This document shows, in pieces, positions 13,128-26,120 of a stretch of 64,000 nt of DNA. Both the position numbers and the translations under genes were made by a program. Origin of the DNA: Chlorokybus atmophyticus (lineage: Eukaryota; Plantae; Mesostigma and Chlorokybus algae); NCBI GenBank assembly GCA_009103225.1, contig RHPI01000773.1, forward strand, positions 396,003-460,002. The letters run 5' to 3'. Under the pieces are notes generated by a model. It made no database searches. It was not told the DNA's origin and saw only the letters and a program-made list of their open reading frames with translations. Each line of letters begins with the position of its first letter. Position 1 is the stretch's first letter.

Positions 13128-13976
13128 TGAGCGTAAAGGCGTGTCCAGACACGCAGGATACGTGACACGCCTGGACACACTTGGCTGTTGTGTGCACAGA
13201 CACTCGTTCGGTTGGAGTTCGATCAGAATGGTTGTCTCGACTTGAATTTTGTCAAGTTTCTGTAGAGAACAGTACAGAAACTTGTATTGACGTGATTGGT
13301 CGTGACAAGGTGAAGCTTTGCATGCATCTCGACATTGACTCACATTGGCTCGTAACACGGTGCAAGGCCTGTGAAAGTGAGTGAGTAACATGTGATTCTC
13401 GAAGGTATTTTAAATATTCAATTGCGTGCATGCTTTTCTATCAACCTCGTACGCGATGCAATGTGTTTTCGTGTCATATGTAATGAAACTTGTACGTATG
13501 TAGGCACCGTATACGTCATGCTTATGTATAAATCATGAGCAATGTTAACAAACCAATTAGTCACATCTCTTTTTATCTACCATATTGTTGTAAAACTCTC
13601 TGCAGATTTGTCATAGAGGGTGCGTTTCGATCAACCCGATAAACATTATTGGGAATGTGTTAAATGTAAAGGTGGTAAATTGCTTTATCAAGTGTAGCTA
13701 GTGTAGCTACCACTCCTTATATTAACTTATCTCGGAGACTGGTAACTTCAGTAGGTCTCCTAGTGCCATTTAATTAAGCTTATCATTTACTATACTTTGA
13801 ATTTTAATGTGAAGCGTTGTGTAAAATAAAATAGCGTATACTATGTAATTGAAGTATAACAGCCTATCATATCCGCAAACTTATATTTCGTATCGCCCCG
13901 TGCCCAAGCCTCGCTTGATTAAACTTTCATGATGATCTGTCAGAGCCCAGTGTGCCTTGAGGGGCATGATCATAGC

Positions 13977-13978
<2 letters not shown>

Positions 13979-14041
<63 letters not shown>
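13979..14041. repeat. (CT)n microsatellite, about 31 units
   Basis: Uninterrupted CT run seen directly. Confidence 0.95.
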
Positions 14042-14044
<3 letters not shown>

Positions 14045-15305
14045 ATCTATTAACATTGAGAAATGCTGTGGATGCATGCATTATGGTACAATGCAAAAGT
14101 CTCAACACGTTGTAGTTAAGCAATACATTTTACAATTCATGATGACATAGCACAATCTATACAAATCCTGCGTCAGAGTATTACGGTTGTTAATGACAAT
14201 ATGCTATCATATATCATGAAATGCGAGATACACATCCACAATAACAATGGCCCTCGCATATCTGCATAATGTTGGAAAAGGAAAGGAGAAAGGCACCTTT
14301 AGCACATTAACCTGTATATAGCAAGTATGTGATGGCGTGAGCGTTAATCAATTAAACGATCAAGAAAGCAAACTGGATGTTGTGGTTTGCAAGTTTTGCA
14401 TTGCAGTGCAACATATCCTGCATAACCCCGGCACTTCCCAAACAACTCCAATCTACCGCCCCCNNNNNNNNNNCCCCCCCCCCCCCCCCCCCCCCCTCCC
14501 TATGATATCATAATGCATACTGTACTTGGAGTATTCTTGGTATAGTATGACGTTGATGCGTGCATAATGAGGCATACGTATGTTTAGCAAAAAAAAAAAA
14601 ATGTTAAAACATATGTATGCCTCATTATGCAACACTCAGATGTATACAATGCGTAGTCATTACTAACGAAGATGATTTGCGTACGATTTGCATATGAGGT
14701 GACCTTAACATTTATCTACATCCCTAGTGTTAACATGTTATTATATGTTTTATTTATATTAAATATATACATTTTGGCTTCAAATGTTGATGTCAGATAC
14801 GTTGTGCATTATGCACAGCATGTCATGGACGCAAATAATCATGTGTATCGCATTCATTAATCTTGAATGTTTAAATCATTGTGATAATGTAATAATACCT
14901 GTATAAGTGTATTACTTCATTGAGACGAATGTAACAATATACTGCTATACTACTGCAAGGTCAATGCTGTTGCAATACACGACACCAAGTTGTTGGGTGA
15001 TGTCGACATTTTGTGTGTTAATATCGGGGTCAACTTGACGCACATGCTGCGATCACCCCTCATGCAATGTGAACATGCTCCGTTACGCATAACCTAAACT
15101 GCACGGAATCCGTGCAAAACGCGAAAGTTGCCTGTGTGTCGCGCCTCTCTAAGGTCAAGGCGACGTCGCCTGACACAAACAGTCACCTTTGTGTCGTGTG
15201 TGTCACCAACAATCCACTTGCAACCAACCGTACGACATCAATGCATCCTCACGTGTGTGTCAAACAGTGTTTCGTCGCCAAATTAGACCTCCTCACAGTT
15301 TGGAC

Positions 15306-17311
15306 ATGGCCAACACCGCCAAAGCCGCCGCCGCCGCCGCTGGCAGGGTGGTCATTGCGCTCTTCACGGTGGAGGACGTTGCTGGAGGAGGAGGAGGAGG
15401 AGGTGGAGGAGGAGAAAACCGGCTCCTGGGTACTGTGGCAGGCAGGCTAAGGATCGCCGCCGCCGCCGCTGGGGAACCCCCGGCCGCCATCGCCGCCTAT
15501 AAGGTGGACAGTGTGGTTTTGTAACTGTGGGCATGGGTGTGGACATTGTTGCAGACCCTATGAGGTGGACATTGTGGTGTTGAGTGTCGTTGGCATGGGT
15601 GTGGTAATTGTTCTGATGGACAGAGGGCGGGAGGGCCAGAGCCGAAGGAGGAGGGTGAGCCCAGGTGGAGCCACGCCGTGCTGGTGACGTGGCCGGCAGC
15701 ACAGGAAGAGACGACCGCCGCTGCCGCCGCCGCCGCCGCCGCCGCCACCAGGCCTGACTGGAACGCTGTGTGTGAAGCCGCAGCAGCAGAGGCTTATAGA
15801 TGCAGGCACGCATGCAGCTGCTTGTTTGTGGAATTGGTTTGTAGGTTTTAACAAGCGCGTCCACCTGAGTATAATGTCACATTGCGCCGCAAGCCACTCA
15901 CACTTTATCCATGCATGCATTCATGCGTTTCGTAGATGCATGCATAGATGCACATACCAGGCTACTTGTTGCAGCAACAAGTAACCGACACATCCATGCA
16001 CACATTCGAGTCATGATGCTCGCACGCAAGTGAACTGCATGTGAGGTCAGGCTGTTTGATTGACACAGTTACATCACAGTGTCAGTGTCATGTTGTTGGA
16101 TGTGTCGTGACCAACACACGCGCCCTTGCCCAGGCTTTCAGGACTTCATGTCGACGAGTTTGAGTTCGTCCGCGGTGACTCCCGCAGCAGCCTCGCATCG
16201 TCCGGTGATGACGATAACAACGACGGAGTCCTTCTCTTTGAGTGCTTCACAGTCCCGCAGGATAAAGTGGCCTCTCTACCCTCAGACTGGGGGAAGGCAA
16301 GACACACTGTCTCTCTCTGGTTATCACTGGGGTGCATGCGGCATGTGTGGATACTGGCATATGCGGGTGTGTGCGCGGGACCCACACCCACAGCGCAGAT
16401 GCACATGCGTGCGTGTGGGTGTGGGTGTGCATGTGGGCATGCGCGCACGCGTGCATACATGAGCACACATGTGTGTGCATGTGCGTGCGCGCACACACAT
16501 GCACACCTATCTGCATAAGTGCCCGCACACCAGCTGATTCACTGATATGCATGCATCCAACCCTGTTCCCTCCACAGGCCGTGCCATACATTAGTTCTCG
16601 ACCCGGCTACCGCTCCTGCGCTCTCTACCGCAGCACGTCCTCTTCTCTCACCATGCAGTACGTCAATCTGGCTGGGTGGGCCTCCGAGTGCGCGTGGCTC
16701 GGGGCCGTCGACCTCAACAGCGAGGAGGGCCGACGGGCGCAGGAGGACCAGGCGTATGTGAGGAGGAGACTTTTCTTGGGAAGAGTTGTGAAGGGGATAG
16801 GAGGAGGAGTGATGCGTGTTGGATAGGGAATGGGGATGGGGATGGGGATGGCTTACAGCGTTTGCAGTGAGGGTTTGAGACATGCACGACACATGCAGCA
16901 ATGACAATGTGTGTGTTGGATGTGCAAGGTATCAACTTGGTTTGTGTTGTGTTGGTTGATGTGGTCAGTGACATTTACTGTGGCGGCCTGTTGTGAGCTG
17001 TGCTTCTCTTGGGTCTGTGCTGGTTCGTTGCTCCCTGGGAGGTTTGAGTGAAGTAGGATTTTGTTTGGTTCAAAGCAGCACAATATGGCTTGTACAGGTC
17101 GGGAAGGGCGCGCTGGCGCTTGGGCAAGCGCGTGGGTGTGTGGGTGCCCGCGCGCCTATAGGCACATGCGTGTGTGGTGGCGCATGCGTGCACTCCCACT
17201 CACAACCATGCACATGCACACGCAAGTGAATGATATGATATAACCACAGAAGGAAAAGGACTCTCGTGCACTTGGGACTTTGTCCCAAAAGTGACCGCCC
17301 AAATCCTGTGA
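15306..17311 (+). CDS. Dimeric alpha-beta barrel / antibiotic-biosynthesis-monooxygenase (ABM)-like protein
   Basis: Exons 15306-15503, 15624-~15768, 16134-16296 and 16578-~16758 give VLLFECFTVPQDKVASLPSDWGK|AVPYISSRPGYRSCALYRSTSSSLTMQYVNLAGWASECAW. This matches the ABM pattern (F.VP...W......PG+.S..L.RS......+VN.A.W.S). 3' exons (~17097, ~17250-17311) are tentative. Confidence 0.6.
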
Positions 17312-17401
17312 GACCTGTCCAACATGGCACAAGTGCGCCACAGCCGCTATTGTTCCTGCTTTGAAAGCGAAACTGACTACCCTGGTTCGCTGCTCAAGAA
17401 A

Positions 17402-18963
17402 CTACTTTTGTAGTGATATGCCCACAGCGGAGAGCTTCGCAGCTAGCTTGCCCTTGTTATAGAGGGACATCGTGTCTGCACAGCACAAAGGACAACACAT
17501 CACCACCGATCACTGCCTTTAAACCAACTCCATGTACCAATGCGACAACAACAATGGCAACATCGACAACTATATCAACAACACCAGCCAACAGCTATGG
17601 TCTCACCGTCGCAGCCTCCAATGTGCTCACCACCTACGCATTGTTCAACCGGTCAGTGACTCATCATGTGTTGAAGCAATGCAGTGTGAATGCAAAAGGT
17701 CAACACACCAAACAACACAGCCAAAAGGTGCATCCTGTGTACCGATGAAGATGTTGGGCACGGTGCGTTGGCCAGAGTACTGCTGAAGAGCCCTCTGCAG
17801 CTTGTTCTCCGAGCCTGCGCACACTATGTGTTAACAAACACGTGACAAACACATAAGATAACAGCCAACAAAGACACAACACAAACGATACAAGGTGTAC
17901 ACGCCTGTGCGATCAAGCTCGAGCACTTCAAACGGCACATTGAGCTGCCGAAACAGATCCTTCACTATTCTGCAATACCTGAAACAGGGACAACAGATTG
18001 TGTGTTGTGTGTCACGTCATGGACAATCCCAATCGTTGTGTCAGCACCACATAATTGTCTGATGTTACTAATACTTACGGGCACCAGGTTTTACTGAAGA
18101 CCATCACAAGGTTGTCGCGCACGATGGACTCCACCACGTCAGCAGGTGACGGGGCTGGCGATGAGGAGGGCTCTGATGAGGAGGAGGAGGGCAGGGAGGA
18201 GCAGCAGACTGTCTGGTGACAAGCAGGAGAATAGTGTCAATAGAGTGATGATGAGAGCAGTAAACTACTACTCTCCTGAGCAATATTGACGACGTGTAGT
18301 AATAGCAAGTGTATTGTGTGCCACAAATACGCACCGCACACGCATGCACACGTATACACATGCGCAAGCAAAGAGACTTTATAATGACGAACAACTACAG
18401 GTAAGCTTGCTTCGAGAAAGGCCAGTTTGACAGTTTCCACAGAGAGTGCCACAGGCGTCTGCCAGAACGCAACAGCTGCAATGCCTCAAAGGCATGATGC
18501 TGCATGCATACTCAACTACTTGGTCCTGATACTCAATTACTTGGTAATGATATTGGACATGCACATGCATGGTGCACTGGGTTTCCAGGGCATTGCACTA
18601 GTCGCTACTGCACACCATGATCAATGCTTGGCCACGATGATCCAAACACGCTTCGCACCCACGACAAGCTTTCAAAACAGTACATGGCAACAAGCTGAAC
18701 CGGCAACTGGACTCCCACAACCCACGCCATGGCCTTTAAAATCAATCTGCTGGTGCAAGTCAACAATTGAGTGTTGCGCATGCCTGCGCAAGGGCATGAC
18801 GCCTGCCATGTCCCAGGCTCCTTTGCGGCCGCTGCGCCGGCGCGCCGAGGGCGGTGTTCCTGGATAACACTCGCTTATACGGTGAGGGCGACGACGGCCC
18901 CGCAGCTGTAGCTGCCGCCCTCACCAACGCCGCCGGCACCGCCGTCACCGCCACCGCCAGCAT
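17402..18963 (-). CDS. Class I dithiol glutaredoxin (CPYC) with putative transit peptide
   Basis: Exons give VMVFSKTWC|PYCRIVKDLF...LELDRT|GSENKLQRALQQYSGQRTVPNIFI|GGEHIGGCD|DTMSLYNKGKL...QK*, with stop at 17402. CPYC, TVP and GG motifs are all present. The N-terminal exon (18963-18784) is tentative. Confidence 0.9.
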
Positions 18964-19294
18964 CGCGCTACACCAACACCACGACACATGCTAGCGCCGA
19001 CAGTTCATATCGCAGCGTACATACGCCGACTGTTGAAAGCATTGCGGGCCGTAGATTACGGCTCCAACATCTTTGTTAACAACGGCCGATATGATGTACG
19101 CGTCTATACAAATTCTGCCTAATCCGTACACCTGTACCAGTAACGTACGGCTTGTTGTTCAGGTCAAACGTCGCAGGCGGCTTAGCCACGTGGCAACCGT
19201 CTGTTTCTGTACCGCCGCCGCCGCCGCCCTTGCCGGCTTCTCAGGGGCTTGGTGCTGCTGTTGTTGTGTGTGTGGGGGGGAGGGAGGGGTCAGT

Positions 19295-20292
19295 ATGGGC
19301 AAGGCGGAGGGCAGTGAGGAGGCGGCTGCGGCTGCCGCTTCACTGCCGTCCCCAACGCTGCCTTCGCCGCCGCCGACCACAATGCCGATGCCGCAGCCTA
19401 TGCCGCAGCCTGCGTACGGCTACCCTCCTACCATAGTGAGTCGTTGCTGTTGGTCTTCTTGATGCTCTTGTTGCTCCGACTGGTATAACTGTTAGGTAGC
19501 GGTCATTGTTGTTGTTGTTGTATTTGAAGCGTTGTGTCTAAATCAATGCAGGCGCCTCCGTCGTACAACGCCGTGGTGGGTTACCCTCCTGTTCAACTCG
19601 ACTACAACCAGCAGTATAACCAACAACAGTATCCAGGTGCCCCAGCGGACCACGGCGCGTACCCAATGCAGCCTGTGGCGACCGTGCAGTACGAGTGGGT
19701 GGAAGTCGAACCAGGTAAGATCAGAACAGTATCGCATGGTATGGTTGTGTGGATCTGACACACAGGCTGCAAGTGCACAGACATAGACATGCACGCACGT
19801 ATATGGCTATGCACACGTACTCGCACAAGGACGCGCACGCACGCACGCATGTATTTGACTTTCACAGCAGGTGGATCGTGCATAATGTATGTGAGGTTCG
19901 TGCATTCATTTCCAGTGTATCAGTATCACTGATTTGTAGTATGCGCACATGTGTGCGTATGCAGATATGTGTGCGTTGGGACTTCACATCGTAGTAACTC
20001 GTCTCAAGGTGTTGAGTGCCAGAGGCTGTCATGCGTGTACGCACACATACACTCAAGTACATATCAATGACACTCGCCTCTTGTCTCAGGTTGTTGCCAG
20101 TGCGAGGGTCTAAGGCCCGAAGCTTGGGTCTTCATCATCATCGCTTTCTTTGTCTTCTGGCCTGCGATGTTCCTTCCGTGCTGCATGCCCGAGTGTTACA
20201 CGCGCGTGCGTCGCGCCGTTCCCGTCGCCGGCTACGTCGTCCCCTCCGGATACAACACTGTCCCTGTCGTCATCCAACCACCACCTAGGTGA
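19295..20292 (+). CDS. LITAF-like Pro/Tyr/Gln-rich protein with a Cys-flanked hydrophobic segment
   Basis: Exons 19295-19435, 19552-19714 and 20090-20292 join in frame: PPSY motif, then GCCQCEGLRPEAWVFIIIAFFVFWPAMFLPCCMPECY. Gene structure is clean; the family call is an inference. Confidence 0.7.
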
Positions 20293-22026
20293 TGTTGGGT
20301 AATGTGCACCACAACTTGGGTATGCGACTCAACCTCCCTCCCTTGTACAGTATACAGTGTATGATGACTGCAGTTACCATACTTAGTTGGTAGCTTAGCT
20401 TTCAAGTTCTTTGGGTCACTTCTGCTGGCAGTAGTGTTGCGAAGATAATTATTGATTATAGGTGATAATAATGCACACAGTGGGATATCATTAGCTATGG
20501 ATGTCGTGCTGGGTACTGTTGTGATGTGTATGAACTGTCTTGCTGGTGTAGGTTGACTATTGCAATTAGCTATCCATTTCGGAAACGGTACATAGTTAGA
20601 GATGCATTTTATAGTTGCAGCTGGTAGTGTACTTTCACATTGCAGTCAGTGTTGGTGGTTTACGTGTCCATTATGGTCAAGGTACGTAGTGTAGGATCTG
20701 CTGGAACCAGCTGTGCTCAAGTATTGTGAAGCAGGTGTGGTAGAGGTAGGTGACATCTCATGTAGCTGTGTGATTTGTGGGAGGTCATTTCTATTGCAGT
20801 AGAGCGGAGTCACTGTGCTAACCAGTATGGGAAGTAGATTATCAGCTATTATAAGCAACAAGTCACAAGAAGTTGCATGCCCAGCAGGCTGCCTGGCAGT
20901 GGGTATAGAGTACAATCCTCCACTCCAGCTGAAGTGTGTTGTTGCAGGCACACACTTTTGGTAGATATGTGTTGAGGTTGTGATGCTTGTGACACGATGT
21001 TTTCACGGGTCTGATAGCGAGGCTGGTTTTGCTCTCGTTAACGTGGTGATGGTGGCGAGGAGTGGCATGTTGGTTTGTTAGTCTGTCGTGGACGACACGC
21101 TGCGTGATGTGCAAGGATGTTGGTGAACTCAATAAGGGTATACAACGTCCTCTTGTCCTCGTCATGCGCGACATTAACGGCGTGATGGACACGGTGTGGT
21201 CACACATGCAGCAAACCGGAAGTCTACAACGAGTTTAGGACTTTTATTCTGGGGACACATTTTCAACCGATGTTCCCGCGTGGTGTAATCTATGAAGGCG
21301 TGAGTACCGACCCGCACTCTGTCGTGCCAACATGAGACAACTTGCTTCAGTTGGACATCCCACACAACCCACTCCATACAGCCCCGGTCGACTCTGCTGC
21401 TGCAGGGCAACTTTGTTTGCTTGCTGCTCTAGTAGTTGGGGTAGTCAGTTGATTACCAGCCGCTGCTGACCACCCCCACCCCCACCCCCACCCCCTTCCC
21501 CACGTGGCGGCTTGGCTCACTGACGCTGCAGGCTGCTGCATGCAGGCTCATTGGGCTGCACTAAACCGCAGCAAATCTTTGACAAAGGTAATCTAGCTCT
21601 CTCCAATCTGACTCTCTGATCTGGCAATCCCACTCAACTCACCTCGTATCGTACATCAAGGGTAAAACCCTTAGTTAAGCATATTGCCAGCTTACTTTGC
21701 TCTCACAATTCTCTTAGTTTGATTGCTCCGGTCGCTGCAGTGTAATCCAAGGAGGCGAAGACTGTCATCTATTCTACTGCTCCATTATGTAAATATCAGG
21801 CGGTCTTTACGCCTTTGACAACTTGGTAAACTGCCTCACAAATGTACTGAAGGATCGTGGGGAGTATCGAACGTCGCGTCAGTTGGCGTGGCTCAAGCAC
21901 GTGCGTGCCGGCGCGGATGAATGCGGATTGAGGAAGAGTTTGCAACGATGCAACCGACACGCATGTGCGATACCTCCCTGTGTGTGTGCGTGTGTGCGCG
22001 TAAATGCGTGTATAATTTTCTCCCTC

Positions 22027-22058
<32 letters not shown>

Positions 22059-22166
22059 CGTGCGTGTGTGTGCACGGGTGTGCATGTTGTAAGATAGATG
22101 TTGACTCTCATGTGAATCGCGCGAGGCATTGGTTATTTGTGAAGAAGTACTTTCTGTAGAGGAGCG

Positions 22167-23762
22167 CTCATCCCGTGGCGACGGGCGGCAGTCCCATCGC
22201 CACGTGGCTGCCGAACCAGCTGCGGATGGTGCTGGAAGCCATCGAGGACAGACTCGCGCACATTGATCACACAGGGGTGAGTGCTGTGCTCTCCTCTCTC
22301 TCTCTCTCTCTGTGCACGTTCGCGTGTACCTCCATCGCAAGTGACCTATGTTCAGCGTGTGCGCGTGCATGCATGCATGGCATTGTACGCCCGTGTGTGC
22401 ATGGATGTGATGAAGAGATGATCGTCGTGATGTAGGTTGTGTTAGTGAGAACGGGCAGTTGTTGGAGAGCGTGACGCGGCGATCGCAGTTGCTTGACCGC
22501 GCGAGGTGGACCACTACGCCCAGCGCATTGCGCAAGTCAACGTTGCTGCCACATGATCAACATGTTGGGTGTTCTTGAATACCCTTATGGTTTTGCACTA
22601 CACATTGGCAAATAGGGTTGCTTACCCAGGTCGCAAGCGTTGACAACACCTGTGAGTGCTGGCATAGGCTGCTGCTACTGCGTTACATTACAAGCATTGC
22701 ATCACTGATTGAACTAGGCATTCATTCCATTACTCAAACCGTACAGAAGCCTTGTGCACGATTGCTGAAGGCTTGCGAAAGAGCGCATATGTGCTGTTTG
22801 GAAAATGTTTATTCCTGTTTTGCTTGTGTTGCGAGTTGTACTGACAGCATTATAAAGATGGCTGCGCGCTAAATAAGCTTATGTGTATTGATGGCACTAG
22901 CTCAACACCTAGAATCCACCTCCACGTCCGACAGTCGTCTGTGGTTCAACAATCGCCAAGCAACAAGTAACCACGTAACCACGTCACTCCATGTTCAAGC
23001 CTTACATTGTTGGAGCATGCCTTTGTCCAGGCCAGAAGTGCCGTGAAGGACCATAAGGGCGGGCGCGCACGCCTCGCGGAGATCGCGCAAGTGGGGGATG
23101 CTTATGTTTATGTCGGGGCCGGAAGGAGGGTATACATGCACCGTGCACGTTGCCAACGCACACGGCGAGGAGGGGGAAGCCTGTTTCGGACATGAGACGG
23201 TGAGCTCTCTTCCACACCCGTCCTCTTTACCTCCAACCTGGAATAAGAGTGTTGTGTGTGAGTGCACTAATGTGTGTGTGTGTGTGCGTGCGTGCATGCG
23301 TGCGTGTGTCCATGCGTGTGTGCGAGCGCGCGCACCTGCACCCACCTGCGCACCTGCACGCGCGTGCTCACCTGCACCCGCGTGCGTGCGTGCGTGCGTG
23401 TGTAATTGTGTGTCTGTGCGCATGCATGTGCCAGTACGCGTGTGCAAAGATATACAACTACTATTACTCCACTGTGATTCCGCCTTCGCTGCCAATAATA
23501 CGGCCAAGTTCGGCTCAACCGCAACGCAGTGTTCTCGTGCTGTGGTCACCCTCATTGTGATTGCCACATTGTTTTCAATACTGCTAGCGCTCGCATCAAC
23601 CACCACGGACGAGTAGCAGCCACTGTCAATGGCGTCCAACACCAGCGCCTCATCTTGAAGATACATGAGCGGATGTTACAATTGGTACATATGTTGTTCA
23701 AGCAAGCATGAGCAATGTAGGCTGGCTGTGCACACGCGTGGACATGCGTGCGCGCGCGCGTG

Positions 23763-23827
<65 letters not shown>

Positions 23828-26120
23828 GCACGCACGCAGCGCTGAAGCGCAACGCAAGTGACAAATATACACAAAGCTCACCTGTGGCATGGTCGAGATG
23901 GAGTGATACGGGGGCACGGGGCGTGTTGTACGGCGTGAGCGGTGGCTCGCAAGAGGACGTCCCCGCCATGCTTCAGCGCCGCCGGATGCAGCTGCACGTG
24001 TCAACAACAACACTGCATCAACAACAACATCCTAGCTGCCTCACCTTGATCATGGCCAGCAGCGCCCTCGAAGTTGTTCTCGTTGAATGCGCCCATGGCA
24101 TACACGGGGACTTCCCCGCGTTGGCTTTTGTGAGTATAACCAATGTGGATGCGTGAGGCGGGGCGGCCCACGCTGCAACTACGTCCGCGCATCAACCTTA
24201 CGGACACACGTGTGCTAGCGTGTGAGTGTTAAGATGCACAACATACTGTGCGTTTGCATTTCCTCTTCCCGAGCCAACATTGCGCAGAAGAACAACGTAA
24301 GGCATGCCCGGCAGCCTGGCATACAGTGTATGATGAAACGCATTGGGAAGAGTTATGTACCATCATCGCACAACAACCTGTCCAGCGATGATAGCGCGTG
24401 TGGTGCCCAACGCCTTCGTGGCCACGTCCGAGCTCGTGATGCCGCCTGTGGCAAGCACATAACTTGGCTCAATTGCACAGAACAACTAAGAAGTGCTGCT
24501 GCTTTTCACAAGTAACACCCTTGTGAGTCACACACACAAACACGCACGCACGCACGCACAACCTTTATACTTGCGGCGGTGCGCAGGAGGCCTGCGCTGA
24601 CCCTCCCCGCGATGGCGAGGCTCTCGTGCCCATCTTTACCCAACACGAGCTCCCGCAAAGTCATGAGCAACACATCTCTACCCTGACAACACATCAACTT
24701 CAACATCGCCTTGATAATGTGACAAGAACCAACAATAACACCACTATGAACAACATCAACAACCACACAACCCAATGTACAACAAGTAGATCTTTAACGC
24801 TTGCCTGCGAGCGAGAAGTGCGTTGAGTTGAACCGTTGTTTTTAGTACGTGCGAGCCGCATACGAGTAGGGCACCATGGGACGATGATGTTGTTGTCGGT
24901 GATGTTGTTGATGTTGCCTCCTTGAGCACTTCACTCAGCGTCAACGGTGCCCTTGGCTCCACGCCCATGCGCACAGAAATGAAGCTCACGACTGTGCAAC
25001 ACAACACCATCACACCAACACCATCATCACACCACCACAACCACACTCACTCACAGCATTTGCCACACACGTTGTTCCAGCTTGCAGTTTCAACAATTTT
25101 CTCACATACGGCTTCGGGTCCGGCCTCACGGATATCTGCAATGGATTTATTAACGCCACCTCCGCGGTGAGGATGCAATGGACTGACGTCTCCTGGATGG
25201 ACATTATGATATCGGACGAATGGTAGCCGAAAGCGGGCAAACTCTGTCTCAACGGCTGGCACTTATCGAACGTCGACATCTGATCTGAAGAAGAGATGTG
25301 TGTGCATGTGCATACGTGTGCGTGCGTGTATGCGGGTGCGTGCGCGGGTGTGCATGGGTATGTGCGTATATGAGATCATGCAGGTATGTGTGCGTGTGCA
25401 CGCACGCACGCATGCACGTGCATGCGAATGCTTCGCCTTCACCAGTTGACATCACTCACCAGAGTGTCGCCATCAGCGACGTAGTGGACATCATTGATAG
25501 TTACCCGACCCCCGCCTCGGAAGAACGGACAAGCAGCCAAATGGGGAAAGTGGCTCCGCAGCGCGCTGTCCCCTCCCACGACAGTGTACGCCCGTCCATT
25601 TGCGCACTCGAAGCTTGCATGGTGATGGGTGGGTGTGGGTGTGTCGCGTGGGGGGGTGGGGGGGTGGGGGGTGTGTGAGCGTGTTGTGGGTGCGGGTGCA
25701 TGAAAGCATGCGACACACCTTGGCGAGGTTGGTGCAAACCTTTTTGACAAGGGACGCTGCAGCGGCGGCGGGGGGGAGGCGCGCGTGGTTGTCAACACGA
25801 GGAAGCTTGCAAAAGGTGTGCACAACACATGCTGTAGTACACACTTGAAGCATGGTGTGCGCACACACAGTGATGCACACACGCACACACACACACGTGC
25901 ATGCACGCATATACACATACGCCATAGAATAGCATACCACAGCACCGCAAAGTATTACTCAGTTCACCAACCATCAGCAGACTCATTCATGCATGTTCAT
26001 GCCTCGGTGCTGGACTTTGAGCTCGCACGTCAATCAGCCTCCAACCACACCGTCAACACCACAACCCCGTGCACCGTGTGTGTACCTATGGAAACATTGT
26101 CCGGCACTCATCACCACGCT
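22167..26120 (-). pseudogene. Unprocessed pseudogene: four-carbon acid sugar kinase (DUF1537/NBD_C, YgbK/DtnK-like) fused to class II ketose-bisphosphate aldolase (At1g18270-like C-terminal half)
   Basis: Ordered motifs: GTHTVHGVVVLTVW, GDSALRSHFP, CPFFRGGGRVTINDVHYVADGDTL, VPAVETEFA, FGYHSS, LVCGSHVLKTTVQL, RELVLGKDGHESL, then YAMGAFN, LHPAALKHGG, PVSLHLDHA, LLAVCVGNVHG, MVLHGTSGL. At least five frame changes fall within exons. Confidence 0.85.

Noticed and set aside
18380-18700. Possible Cys-rich extra exons (CGTLCGNC) inside the glutaredoxin gene
   Set aside because: Frame and splice choice are ambiguous; the sequence is probably intronic.
21823-22535. Plus-strand exon-like segments with a GTGAGT donor at 22277
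   Set aside because: Phases do not join into an ORF, and the region is better explained as the decayed 3' end of the minus-strand pseudogene.
23098-23200. MSGPEGGYT on the + strand resembling the RsmE GPEGG motif
   Set aside because: It is the antisense shadow of the aldolase exon (VYPPSGPD); no other RsmE motifs are present.
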